The notes under the pieces were generated by a model that was given only the letters and a program-made list of their open reading frames with translations, was not told the DNA's origin and did not search any database. 64,000 nt of DNA from Candidatus Thorarchaeota archaeon. Lineage in GTDB: Archaea; Asgardarchaeota; Thorarchaeia; Thorarchaeales; Thorarchaeaceae. This document shows, in pieces, positions 37,666-46,829 of the stretch. The translations under genes were made by a program, and so were the position numbers. How positions within the stretch are numbered: position 1 is the stretch's first letter; every line of letters starts with the position of its first letter. Where the stretch lies: the NCBI GenBank assembly GCA_046758445.1, contig JBHIAE010000004.1, positions 1 through 64,000 on the forward strand. Direction: 5' to 3'.

Positions 37666-38948
37666 GTGGACGTGGTAGCTGCAGTAGTACTGATCGTCTT
37701 CGGTGGCACATACATTGCCATCTCGTCCAGAAAGTGAACAGAACCGCTACTGAATTGTTGGGAATGGGAGTAGTCGGGATAATCCTCTGGACACCCGGGA
37801 CAATAGAGCCTTTCTCTCAAATCGTGCACGAGATTGAATGGGCGACCATTCTATTTGTGACGGCCATGTTCATTGTCGTCACTATCGCTGCGTCCTCGGG
37901 AATGTTTCAGTATCTCGCAATTGAACTCACTAGGCCCACGCATGGCGAAACGAAGCGCCTATTCGTCGCTCTGCTCGGTTTTGTGTTTATCATCTCCTTG
38001 TTCTTTGACACCACCTCTACGATGCTGATAATGGCACCACTTACGATTGAGCTCTGCAAGGCTCTTGAGATTGATTTCAGACCGTTCCTAATCTCAGAGG
38101 CGATTACCAGTAATTTCGCATCGATTCCTTCAGTTGTCGGTGCAGTGTCCAACCTCATTGTGGCAGACGAGGCATCTGTGGATCCTGCCTTCCTCTTCGA
38201 GATTCTAATGCCGCTCTCTGTCATTCTCTTCGTAGTTTCTGTACCACTTCTGCTCAAGTTCTTCGAGAATCAGCTTGAACCCTCTGAGGAGTATCTTGTT
38301 TCACAGACGATGCGCATTAGTTCGAAGTATATGATTCGCTCTCGGTCTGACTTCTATCTATCCATTGTCGCGATGTTCACGCTTGTGATAGGTTTCACTC
38401 TCGGGCCCGCATACGGACTCGAGCCTGCTGTGATTGCAATCACTGTGGCGGCTGCATTTCTGATAGTTTCACGCGAATGGGTAGACGAGATCTTGAAGCG
38501 GGTGAACTGGGGCACGATATTCTTTCTGGTCGGCCTCTTCGGGCTGATTGCAGCTCTCGAGCTCACTGGGGTGATCGAAATGCTGGGAGCAGGCATACAG
38601 GCGTTCATCCAAGGGAACGATGTCTTGGGGATAGTTTTCATGACGTGGGTGCCTGCATTGCTCTCAGCAGTCATCGACAATATCCCCATCTCCGCAGTCC
38701 TGTCACCTATTGCGGTACAGTTCGCTACTCTGAGCCCCCTTCTGCCAGTGGCCTTGATCTTCGCAGTTAACGTTGGTGGCTTCATACTGCCAATTGGATC
38801 ACCGGCGAACATTCTTGCATTGGCTCTCTCTGAGAAAGAGCGCAGGCCAATCAGAATGCGGGAATTTGCGAAGATAGGAGCTCCACTTGGGCTCCTGATG
38901 CTTGGTATTGGAACTGGGTGGTTACTCTTGGCAGGAATGTTAGTCTAG
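37666..38948 (+). CDS. ArsB/NhaD transporter, copy 2, with an apparent 1-nt deletion near 37729
   Basis: The upstream frame VDVVAAVVLIVFGGTYIAISS matches copy 1 (VFVGTYVLIST-EKVNRT) and joins KVNRT one base short. The main ORF is 37734..38948. Confidence 0.75.
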
Positions 38949-39083
38949 AAAGAGGGTGGTGCCCGCCCCCGTCTTGTGCCGCCGGGAGGACAGAACTCAA
39001 CGGAGACAGGACACCGAACAGCTAGTTGTAACTGAATGCTAATTAGGTGTTTGGTAGGGACAGCCACACAAAGAAACAGGGGT

Positions 39084-39587
39084 ATGAGATTGCCAAAGCG
39101 TGCTCGTTGTCCACACTGCGACAGGTTGTTCAATCGTTCTGCATTGGATAATCATGTCATAAAGTGTAGAGCACGACGTAGGGTTGATGGTTCACATCGA
39201 GAGATTTCGAGAAGCTCCACTGTGATAGTTGATGGGAACAACGTAGCCTATCATTTGGCACCTAATGGAAATCCCAGGGTGGCAAACTTGATTCTCGCAA
39301 GCCGGAGTCTGACTAGAGCGGGATATAGACCCATCATAGTAGTTTCAGCTGCCTTGATTCATTCGGTTGACGACCCAGAAGCTCTACAGCAGATGATAGA
39401 CAACAGAAAGGTCGTTCAGGCCGCTAGGGGCACCAATGACGACTTGACCATAATTCGCATGGCCCAGCGCAACAATGCTGATGTGGTCAGCAATGACAGA
39501 TTCCTCGACTGGCGTGACAGACATCCATGGCTGGCATCTAGGCTCAAAAGGTACAGAATGACACCATCAGGTATCATCTTGGTCTGA
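39084..39587 (+). CDS. C2HC Zn-finger + NYN/PIN (Zc3h12a/Regnase-like) ribonuclease
   Basis: CPHC...H...C finger; IVDGNNVAY, NDDLTII and VVSNDRFLDW acidic catalytic motifs; ATG at 39084. Confidence 0.78.
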   Translation: MRLPKRARCPHCDRLFNRSALDNHVIKCRARRRVDGSHREISRSSTVIVDGNNVAYHLAPNGNPRVANLILASRSLTRAGYRPIIVVSAALIHSVDDPEALQQMIDNRKVVQAARGTNDDLTIIRMAQRNNADVVSNDRFLDWRDRHPWLASRLKRYRMTPSGIILV

Positions 39588-39666
39588 GTTCCTGTGTTTC
39601 AGCAAAAGCGTTAAAATGATACAGGCAAAGCCCTCGTGAAACACTCCTGCTGAGAGGTGAAAGAGT

Positions 39667-41454
39667 ATGCGTATTGACGAGCTTCGGAAGACATACTTGC
39701 GGTTCTTCAAGGAAAAGGATCACGCAATATTAGGCTCGTCATCGCTTCTTCCGGAAACTGATCCGACTGTTTTGTTCACCATGGCAGGAATGCATCCGCT
39801 TGTACCTTTTCTACTCGGCCAACCGCATCCTCAAGGAACTCGACTCGCAAACTGTCAGAAATGCATTCGGACCACTGATATCGATGAGGTTGGTGACACT
39901 ACCCACCTCACGTTCTTGGAGATGCTTGGAAACTGGAGTCTTGGAGACTATTGGAAGGAAGAGGCAATAACCTGGAGCTATGAGTTCCTGACCTCCAAGG
40001 AGTGGCTTGGATTCGATCCAGAGAAACTGTCTGTCACAGTATTTGAAGGGGATAGAGACGCTCCACGAGATGATGAAGCGGCTAAAGTATGGAAGAGTGT
40101 TGGTGTACCAGCGGAGCGCATCTACTATCTGCCAAAGAAGGATAATTGGTGGGGACCCCCGGGAGAAGTGGGCCCTTGTGGACCCAGCACAGAGATGTTC
40201 ATTGAAGTAGATGAGATACCAAAGTGCGGTCCAGATTGCCAACCCGGCTGCAACTGTGGGCACTTTGTGGAGATTTGGAATGACGTCTTCATGGAGTACA
40301 ACAGGACGAAGGACGGCACATACGAGAAACTAGACCGAAAGAACGTTGACACAGGAATGGGCATGGAACGGACTGCAGCCATGCTCCAAGGAGTAGGCAG
40401 TGTCTACGAAACAGAAGGATTCCAGCCCCTCGTTGAGTGTGTAAAGCGGCTATCAGGGAAAGACGAGTTTGACGAGGAAGAGGTAAGACTTGTCCGGATA
40501 ATCACGGATCACGTGAAGGCTTCCGTGATGATAATGGCTGATGACGCACAGATTGCTCCCTCAAATGTCGAACATGGGTACATAGTACGAAGACTCCTGA
40601 GAAAGGCCATCCTGAGCGCAGACAAGATGGGTATTGGGAAGGGTTTCATGAATGACTTGGCAGACATCGTGATTGACATCTACAGGGACGTCTACGATGA
40701 GGTGACAAGGAATCGCGACTTCATTCATGAGAACCTTGAAGCAGAGGAAACCAAGTTCAGGAAGACTCTCAAGAAGGCTCTAGGCAAGTTCGACAGGATT
40801 CTGAAGGAAACGGGTTCCATAACAGGCACTGATGCCTTTTTGCTCTTCACGAGCTTTGGCCTCCCTCTAGAGATGACAAGGGATCTCGCCGAAGAGAATG
40901 GCATTGAGATAGATATGGAAGAGTTTCGGCGTCAATTCGAACATCATCGAGAGATCTCAAGAACTGCCACAGAAGGGAAGTTCAAGGGCGGCCTTGCTGA
41001 CCACAGCGAAGAGATTACAATGCTTCATACTGCGACTCATCTTCTACAGGCGGCACTCAGAATAGTCCTTGGGGATTCGGTTCGTCAGAATGGAAGCAAC
41101 ATTACTAGGGAGCGACTGCGCTTCGACTTCACCTTCCCGAGGAAACTCACTCCTGAAGAAGTTCAACAAGTGGAAGACTTGGTGAATGAAGTCATCGAGC
41201 AGGATCTGGAGGTTGAACACAGGTTCATGCCCTACGATGAAGCGATTGAACAGGGAGCTCTGGCATTCTTCAGAGAAACATACGGGGATGAGGTTTCTGT
41301 GTACAAAGTAGGCGACTTCAGCATGGAACTGTGCGGAGGCCCTCATGTAGTACGGACTGGGGTACTGGGCCGCTTCAAGATCACAAAGCAGAAGAGCATC
41401 GGGTCAGGACTGATGCGAATCCGTGCTGTGATTAGTCCCGAAGGGTCACCATAG
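39667..41454 (+). CDS. alaS: Alanine--tRNA ligase (short form, no C-Ala domain)
   Basis: LFTMAGM, CQKCIRT, FLEMLGNWS, GPCGP and DTGMGMER; editing domain HTATHLL...CGGPH. Confidence 0.93.
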   Translation: MRIDELRKTYLRFFKEKDHAILGSSSLLPETDPTVLFTMAGMHPLVPFLLGQPHPQGTRLANCQKCIRTTDIDEVGDTTHLTFLEMLGNWSLGDYWKEEAITWSYEFLTSKEWLGFDPEKLSVTVFEGDRDAPRDDEAAKVWKSVGVPAERIYYLPKKDNWWGPPGEVGPCGPSTEMFIEVDEIPKCGPDCQPGCNCGHFVEIWNDVFMEYNRTKDGTYEKLDRKNVDTGMGMERTAAMLQGVGSVYETEGFQPLVECVKRLSGKDEFDEEEVRLVRIITDHVKASVMIMADDAQIAPSNVEHGYIVRRLLRKAILSADKMGIGKGFMNDLADIVIDIYRDVYDEVTRNRDFIHENLEAEETKFRKTLKKALGKFDRILKETGSITGTDAFLLFTSFGLPLEMTRDLAEENGIEIDMEEFRRQFEHHREISRTATEGKFKGGLADHSEEITMLHTATHLLQAALRIVLGDSVRQNGSNITRERLRFDFTFPRKLTPEEVQQVEDLVNEVIEQDLEVEHRFMPYDEAIEQGALAFFRETYGDEVSVYKVGDFSMELCGGPHVVRTGVLGRFKITKQKSIGSGLMRIRAVISPEGSP

Positions 41455-41568
41455 TCATAGAATGCGAAGGTCTATTTGCCCTGCCACTGTAAGAGCGGCC
41501 AAGTGGGAGTCTTAGCTCCTTTTCAATTCAGGAATATGAGATAAACGGTTCAACATGAGTGAAAGAAA

Positions 41569-42231
41569 ATGGGAACGTTCTCTAGGATTTTCGGACTGGG
41601 AGACAAGGACCTGCAGAAGCAGGCAGATGAGCTTCTCCTAAGACTCAGCAAGGCGCTTCAATCCGCGAGTGCAAAGCTGAACGTCTGTGCAGACGACTGG
41701 GATGAGGGAAAGACGAAGAACCTTGATGACCTTGAGTCGGAGATCATCAGCCTTGAGAGAGAGGCTGACGTCGTGAAGGACGAGCTCTTTGAGAAGATAT
41801 TCTCTAAACGGGCATACCTTCCGCAGCAGACTCAGGAGCGGCATGAACTAGTCATACATATGGACAGCGTCATAGACGCAGCAGAGGAAGCTGTGAGAAT
41901 GATGCTGATAGGCCGCAAGTATGAGCCACCCAAGGAGATACATGAGATAGCCGAGAAAGGCTGGATTTGCACTGACCTTCTACAAGACGCAGTGAAGTAT
42001 CTCTTTACTGACTTCAAGAAATCAGTTGAGTATACTATCAAGCTTGACAGAGTCAGAGAGGAAGCGAGAGATCTCCAGTTTGCGCTCCTAGAGAGGCTCT
42101 TCAACGATGAGAGATTCAGTCCGAAGGAAGTAAGTCTGTTCCGTGCCATCTCGGAGAGAATTCTTCGCGTGGCCATTAGGGCTGAGGAAACAGGCGATTT
42201 CATCCGAACGCTCGCTGTGAAGTACTCATAG
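41569..42231 (+). CDS. DUF47/PhoU-like phosphate transport regulator
   Basis: LEREADVVK and MDSVIDAAEE helical repeats; upstream of a Pit transporter. Confidence 0.82.
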   Translation: MGTFSRIFGLGDKDLQKQADELLLRLSKALQSASAKLNVCADDWDEGKTKNLDDLESEIISLEREADVVKDELFEKIFSKRAYLPQQTQERHELVIHMDSVIDAAEEAVRMMLIGRKYEPPKEIHEIAEKGWICTDLLQDAVKYLFTDFKKSVEYTIKLDRVREEARDLQFALLERLFNDERFSPKEVSLFRAISERILRVAIRAEETGDFIRTLAVKYS

Positions 42232-42248
42232 ACGGAGGGCCTTTTGGT

Positions 42249-43277
42249 ATGGACCCCCTCCTGTTAGGAGCCCTGCTCATCATCAGTTTTCTAGTTGCCT
42301 TTGCAATAGGGAGCAATGATGAGGCCATGGCTCCTGCTGTTGGGGCGCAGGTGTTCACAGTGCGGGCTGCTGTAGCCATAGGAGCCTTGATCACAGTATT
42401 TGGAGCGGTGTCCATGGGGGGCAATGTATCTGAAAAGGTGGGGTCAGACCTAGTAGGAGGAATGACACTCACCACTGGAATGGTATTTGCCATCCTAATC
42501 TCAATGGCTATGTGGCTACTGATTGCATCAGCGACAAAAGGTCTGCCAATTAGCACAACTCAATGTATCGTGGGTTCAGTGATTGGTGTCGCAATATTCG
42601 CTCCAGTCGCGGGCTATTCCGATTGGGGGTTACAAACAATTGACTGGCTTGTAGTCCTTGAGGTCTTTGCAGGTTGGATCATCTCTCCAGTGATTGGATT
42701 CTTAATTGCCGCCGCTGTCTTCGCATTCGTAAGACGCATTCAGAAGAGAGCACAAGGGTTCACAGCTCTTGAGAGGCAGGAGAGAATCGCATCCTACGGG
42801 CTTGCCGTCTTTCTCATTATCACGTCACTTGCCAGGGGAGGGAATGATGTCGCCAATGCGATAGCACCCTTGATAGTGCTGCCAGAGTTTGCAGGGACAT
42901 TTGACGTGGCAATCGCCGTCGTGCCAGCGATAATCATCCCATTACTGGTTGGTGGAATCGGTATGGCAATTGGCCTCATAGTGATTGGTCGGAAAGTAAT
43001 CAGGACTCTAGCTACAGAAGTAGTGACTCTATCTCCATCATCGGCACTCTCGGCAAGTGTATCAGTAGCCCTTGTGATGTTTGTGGGTACGCTTCTAGGA
43101 CTGCCCTTGAGTGGAACACATGTACTAGTGGCAGCGTTGATTGCAGTCGGTTGGGTGTCAGAAACACCAGTTCAGATGACGCAAGTGAAAGAAATCCTGA
43201 TTTCCTGGGTAGTCACTGTTCCCATATCAGCTCTGTTTGGAGTGGCTGTGCTTTGGATTCTTCAGGGTCTAGTCTGA
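42249..43277 (+). CDS. Inorganic phosphate transporter (PiT family)
   Basis: GSNDEA, LPISTTQCIVG, GGNDVANAIAP and LPLSGTH signature repeats. Confidence 0.88.
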   Translation: MDPLLLGALLIISFLVAFAIGSNDEAMAPAVGAQVFTVRAAVAIGALITVFGAVSMGGNVSEKVGSDLVGGMTLTTGMVFAILISMAMWLLIASATKGLPISTTQCIVGSVIGVAIFAPVAGYSDWGLQTIDWLVVLEVFAGWIISPVIGFLIAAAVFAFVRRIQKRAQGFTALERQERIASYGLAVFLIITSLARGGNDVANAIAPLIVLPEFAGTFDVAIAVVPAIIIPLLVGGIGMAIGLIVIGRKVIRTLATEVVTLSPSSALSASVSVALVMFVGTLLGLPLSGTHVLVAALIAVGWVSETPVQMTQVKEILISWVVTVPISALFGVAVLWILQGLV

Positions 43278-43344
43278 GTTTGGCTAGGGCGAGAATCCTG
43301 TGAAGCGCGAATCTCATCAGAACGCTCATGAGCTCTTAGTGACC

Positions 43345-44097
43345 CTACCGATCGACTTGTGGAATCCTATGAATCAGGATATACTCCTTGGCCAGTTGTC
43401 CGATTTGCCTAGCCTCATCCTTGGAAAGATGGACCCTTCGCTCTGATTGAGGGGTTTCTTTTCTGGTGGCCTCTATGATAGCAAGGTCTGTGCCGCGTGC
43501 CACAGTTTCGGCACCAAGGCAAGGTCTTGTGTCACCGGTGTAACCAATTATGGTGTCCCCAACGCGTACCCTATAACCCAGAGCTGGCATGAATACATCT
43601 CCTTCTGCAGCATTCTCCATGCCGTAATGCTCTACTCGGATTCCTTTCACCTTGAAGAAATCGGTGTCGAATTCTGAATCTGGTTTCAGCTCATGATACC
43701 AGAAACTGAAAGGAAGAGTGTCGCTGTAGGCCTTCCTAAAACCTCTGATTGCATCTATTGCCTCTTTGCAGCCCTCTGGTAGGAGAATGTGCAACTGTTC
43801 TGTCCTCTTCATCATGCGTAAAAAGCCGAGGAGCGAATGAATTCCACCCATGTGATCAAAATGACCGTGAGTGATTGATACTAGGTCAAGATCATGCACG
43901 AGTTGAGTACCGCCCCATTCAAGCAGATCCCTGAGCGCACCATCACCCACATCCAACAGCATAATCTTGCCAGTGAATCTAGAGGTGAGAATGATGGTAG
44001 TGCCTACGCCCGCTGCACTGAAGGGTATATGGACCTCAACCTCATCATTCTCCCAATGGAAGGGTCCTTGTTCAGATTCTTGATTCATTTGAATCAC
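43345..44097 (-). CDS. Metallo-beta-lactamase-fold hydrolase (RNase Z-like)
   Basis: LLDVGDG, THGHFDHMGG, VEH, YTGDT, EAT and LIH. Confidence 0.8.
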   Translation of the reverse strand: MIQMNQESEQGPFHWENDEVEVHIPFSAAGVGTTIILTSRFTGKIMLLDVGDGALRDLLEWGGTQLVHDLDLVSITHGHFDHMGGIHSLLGFLRMMKRTEQLHILLPEGCKEAIDAIRGFRKAYSDTLPFSFWYHELKPDSEFDTDFFKVKGIRVEHYGMENAAEGDVFMPALGYRVRVGDTIIGYTGDTRPCLGAETVARGTDLAIIEATRKETPQSERRVHLSKDEARQIGQLAKEYILIHRIPQVDR

Positions 44098-44177
44098 ATG
44101 CGTCTTGAAGTTCGAGAGTGCGGTGAGGTTCCTCGTGGAGGAATCTTGGGCGACTCCTCCATACTGGAACCGATAGA

Positions 44178-45401
44178 CTAGGATTGGTCATAGCCTAGCT
44201 TTGGAACTCGCGCAAGCCAGTTCAGGAAGTAACCTATGATAACTGAGATCACGAGGCCGCCTGATGCAAGGAGAAGCGTGTCAAAGAGCGTTGGAGTAGC
44301 CCCACTCAGAATCTGCATCCAGCTCCAGTAGAATCCTGCCAGAGTCATTCCTGAGAAAGCCACCTTCTTCAGCGGCACCTTGACGCGCTTGGTCTGGAAG
44401 ACGTCCATATCTGTCAGTGCGGCGGCCAGTGCGCCACCTTTGTCAGGCTTGAGTTTGAGGCGCTTCGAGAAGACGCCAACTGTCACCTTGCTCTTTGGCT
44501 TGACCACTTTCAATGCTTTTGGAGCGTAATCCGCAATGTCATCCGAGAAGTATCGCACAGCGCTTGGTACATCAATGCCACACTTCTGACACTCCACTGC
44601 GTTCTTCTTCCACTTCTTTCCACACTGTGGACACCTCTTGTGATCCCATGCGCTCCCAGCAGCCTCACTGACACGTTTCACGACCTCCTCTTTGCCTACC
44701 TTTTCAGCTTGTTTCTTTGGACTTCTCCTTAGCACGACCGCTGGTGGGAAGATCCCCACGTCTGAGGCGCTCTTTGCTCCTCGAAGCTTGCGTGCAGCAA
44801 ATATCCCCCCTTGGAAATCATCAAGTGCCATAATGAGGGAGAAGACAGCCATTATCGTGAACGTTAGTGTAAGGAGCCCGTTCAGTGAGAGTATTGCTCC
44901 GAAGCCCGTGGCTCCAAGTTGCATAATGAAATCCTGATTGAGTGCGGTATAGTTGCCTGGGTCCGCATCAAGCGTGTAGTTGAGCCCGAAGGATCCAAGC
45001 AACGTGCCTGACAAGAGATCAATTCCGCCATAGGTTAGTGAGGCCAGGGGGACTGACGCATTCATTAGACTCGCTGTGTATCCTGACGGCACAGATGCAC
45101 CTATTGAGAACGGTTGGTTGATGATTGGGACTCCGAGGTAGGTCATCATGAGGATTCCCGAGTGAAGTGTCATGTTCGCAGCCACATCTATTGTGATCTC
45201 AATGGTCATGCCTTCTGTCAGGTTTACTGGAATCTGGTTCGTTTCACTCGAGTCTGCAGCAGAAATACCATTCACTTCAAGTAGAAAGGACAGATTCCCA
45301 TCATCCGTCCATGTCTGTGCCTGCACCGGTAACATCAGTGGCGCACACAGAGTGTACGCTAGAAACAGCAAGAGCGCAATCTGTGGTAGCGTCTTCTTCA
45401 T
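44178..45401 (-). CDS. Membrane protein with signal peptide, extracellular beta domain and cytoplasmic Zn-ribbon
   Basis: Signal peptide, TM helices and CPQC...CQKC. Confidence 0.65.
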   Translation of the reverse strand: MKKTLPQIALLLFLAYTLCAPLMLPVQAQTWTDDGNLSFLLEVNGISAADSSETNQIPVNLTEGMTIEITIDVAANMTLHSGILMMTYLGVPIINQPFSIGASVPSGYTASLMNASVPLASLTYGGIDLLSGTLLGSFGLNYTLDADPGNYTALNQDFIMQLGATGFGAILSLNGLLTLTFTIMAVFSLIMALDDFQGGIFAARKLRGAKSASDVGIFPPAVVLRRSPKKQAEKVGKEEVVKRVSEAAGSAWDHKRCPQCGKKWKKNAVECQKCGIDVPSAVRYFSDDIADYAPKALKVVKPKSKVTVGVFSKRLKLKPDKGGALAAALTDMDVFQTKRVKVPLKKVAFSGMTLAGFYWSWMQILSGATPTLFDTLLLASGGLVISVIIGYFLNWLARVPKLGYDQS

Positions 45402-45504
45402 TCAAGACTATCCTCCTATTGCCAAAGCATCGAAACGTGCTAAGTCTGCGTCACTTTAATGATTATCGAGTCTGTAATAGAGGGCGGGCATGACATGTCC
45501 ATTC

Positions 45505-45882
45505 TCAGTACTTGCTCTTGAATGCGTCTTCTATCTCCCTATCAAACTCCTCGTCGTCATCAAGCTCGAAAACTACGCGACGCTTTGGTGGAGGAGGCGG
45601 CGGCATCTCCCAGTGCAAGGCTGCACCCAGCGCAATCCCACCAAAGGTGGAGAAGATACTAAGCATGACCTCGAAAGTCCCAACATCTGTAAAGAATCCA
45701 GACCCTGCATAGGCAAAGGCGATGATGGCCCCTCCAAAGAGTCCAAAGACGATGCTTAGCATTGCACGATCCCGAACTCTGAAACTCTTGTACCCTCCCA
45801 AAGAGTAGCCGATAACGAACCCAATCAGTAGACCGGGAAGACCCCAGATGAGTGCATCAAAGGGTGTGATGGCCTGCAGCAA
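45505..45882 (-). CDS. Small 3-TM hypothetical protein with Pro-rich/acidic tail
   Basis: Three hydrophobic segments followed by PPPPPPKRR and DDDEEFD. Confidence 0.6.
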   Translation of the reverse strand: MLQAITPFDALIWGLPGLLIGFVIGYSLGGYKSFRVRDRAMLSIVFGLFGGAIIAFAYAGSGFFTDVGTFEVMLSIFSTFGGIALGAALHWEMPPPPPPKRRVVFELDDDEEFDREIEDAFKSKY

Positions 45883-45999
45883 GACTCAATCCACTCGATG
45901 GATGAATATGAAGTCAGCTCACATAATACTTACCATTTCAGATTTGGCCATCAAAACAGTTTTACTCTGCGAGAAGTAGCTGCGATAAGGTGCATTTCG

Positions 46000-46560
46000 T
46001 TGAGCGCGAGGACCGAGCTAATCCTTGGGGAGATATTAAGGCGTAGAAGTGGCCGGGCGTATTCGGATGAGCCAGTACCTGATGATATGTTAGAGTCAAT
46101 CCTAGAGGCAGGCCGTAGAGCACCATCCTGTGGCAACACTCAAGCATGGAACTTCATTGTCTTGAAGGACAGAAACGTCTTGGAAACTGCACACGAAGCC
46201 TTGAGCCGAGGTAACTCATGGTGTAAGAGAGCTCCAATCATGCTCATCGTCGCTGCAAGAGAGGACGGTGGATGTTCTTCACATGGACTACCCTATTTCA
46301 TGATGGACATCGGTCTCACTACTGAGAACATCCTTCTTCAGGCGTTTCATCTCGGACTGATGGCTCATCCCACTGCAGGCTGGAGTGAAAAGAAGCTGAA
46401 GGAGATAACGGGAATTCCTGAGGAGTATCGGATTGGAACTGTGATCTTCATTGGATATGAAGGAAACATAGAAGAGCTAAATGAAAGAAACCGTGAGAAG
46501 GAGAAGACTCCCTCTACTAGAAGACCACTCTCTGAGATTGTACACTGGGACAGATGGTAA
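46000..46560 (+). CDS. Nitroreductase-family protein
   Basis: RRSGRAY, APSCGNTQAWNF, DIG...ENILLQA...GL and RRPLSEIVH. Probable TTG start near 46000 (the track starts at 45898). Confidence 0.88.
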   Translation: MSARTELILGEILRRRSGRAYSDEPVPDDMLESILEAGRRAPSCGNTQAWNFIVLKDRNVLETAHEALSRGNSWCKRAPIMLIVAAREDGGCSSHGLPYFMMDIGLTTENILLQAFHLGLMAHPTAGWSEKKLKEITGIPEEYRIGTVIFIGYEGNIEELNERNREKEKTPSTRRPLSEIVHWDRW

Positions 46561-46561
46561 T

Positions 46562-46729
46562 CTACGGCTTGTACTCCATGTATTCTCCACAGTGCTCCGG
46601 CACCGATTGACTACCACAAGTTGCACCCATCCAACAGACTAGTTGGTCTCCCTCTTGGTGCATTTCCTTGCCGCAATGTATGGGAACGGCGATCTTCTCG
46701 CCGCACTTGGGACAGACTAGGCTTGCCAC
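46562..46729 (-). CDS. Unlisted 55-aa double Cys/His metal-ribbon protein (desulforedoxin-like repeats)
   Basis: MASLVCPKCGEKIAVPIHCGKEMHQEGDQLVCWMGATCGSQSVPEHCGEYMEYKP; GGAGG upstream of the GTG; below the ORF-track length cutoff. Confidence 0.75.
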   Translation of the reverse strand: MASLVCPKCGEKIAVPIHCGKEMHQEGDQLVCWMGATCGSQSVPEHCGEYMEYKP

Positions 46730-46829
46730 TACATTGTTCCTCCATGAGACTACTAAAAGGCTCGATCGTCTAAGCCTCTTAACTATCGTGAACGGTTTTG
46801 CTGCTATAAAGCTTTGCCTGAGGCCTCAG

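Noticed and set aside
38958-39015. tRNA gene
   Set aside because: Acceptor-like stem only; 58 nt with no TTCG T-loop, D-arm or anticodon arm.
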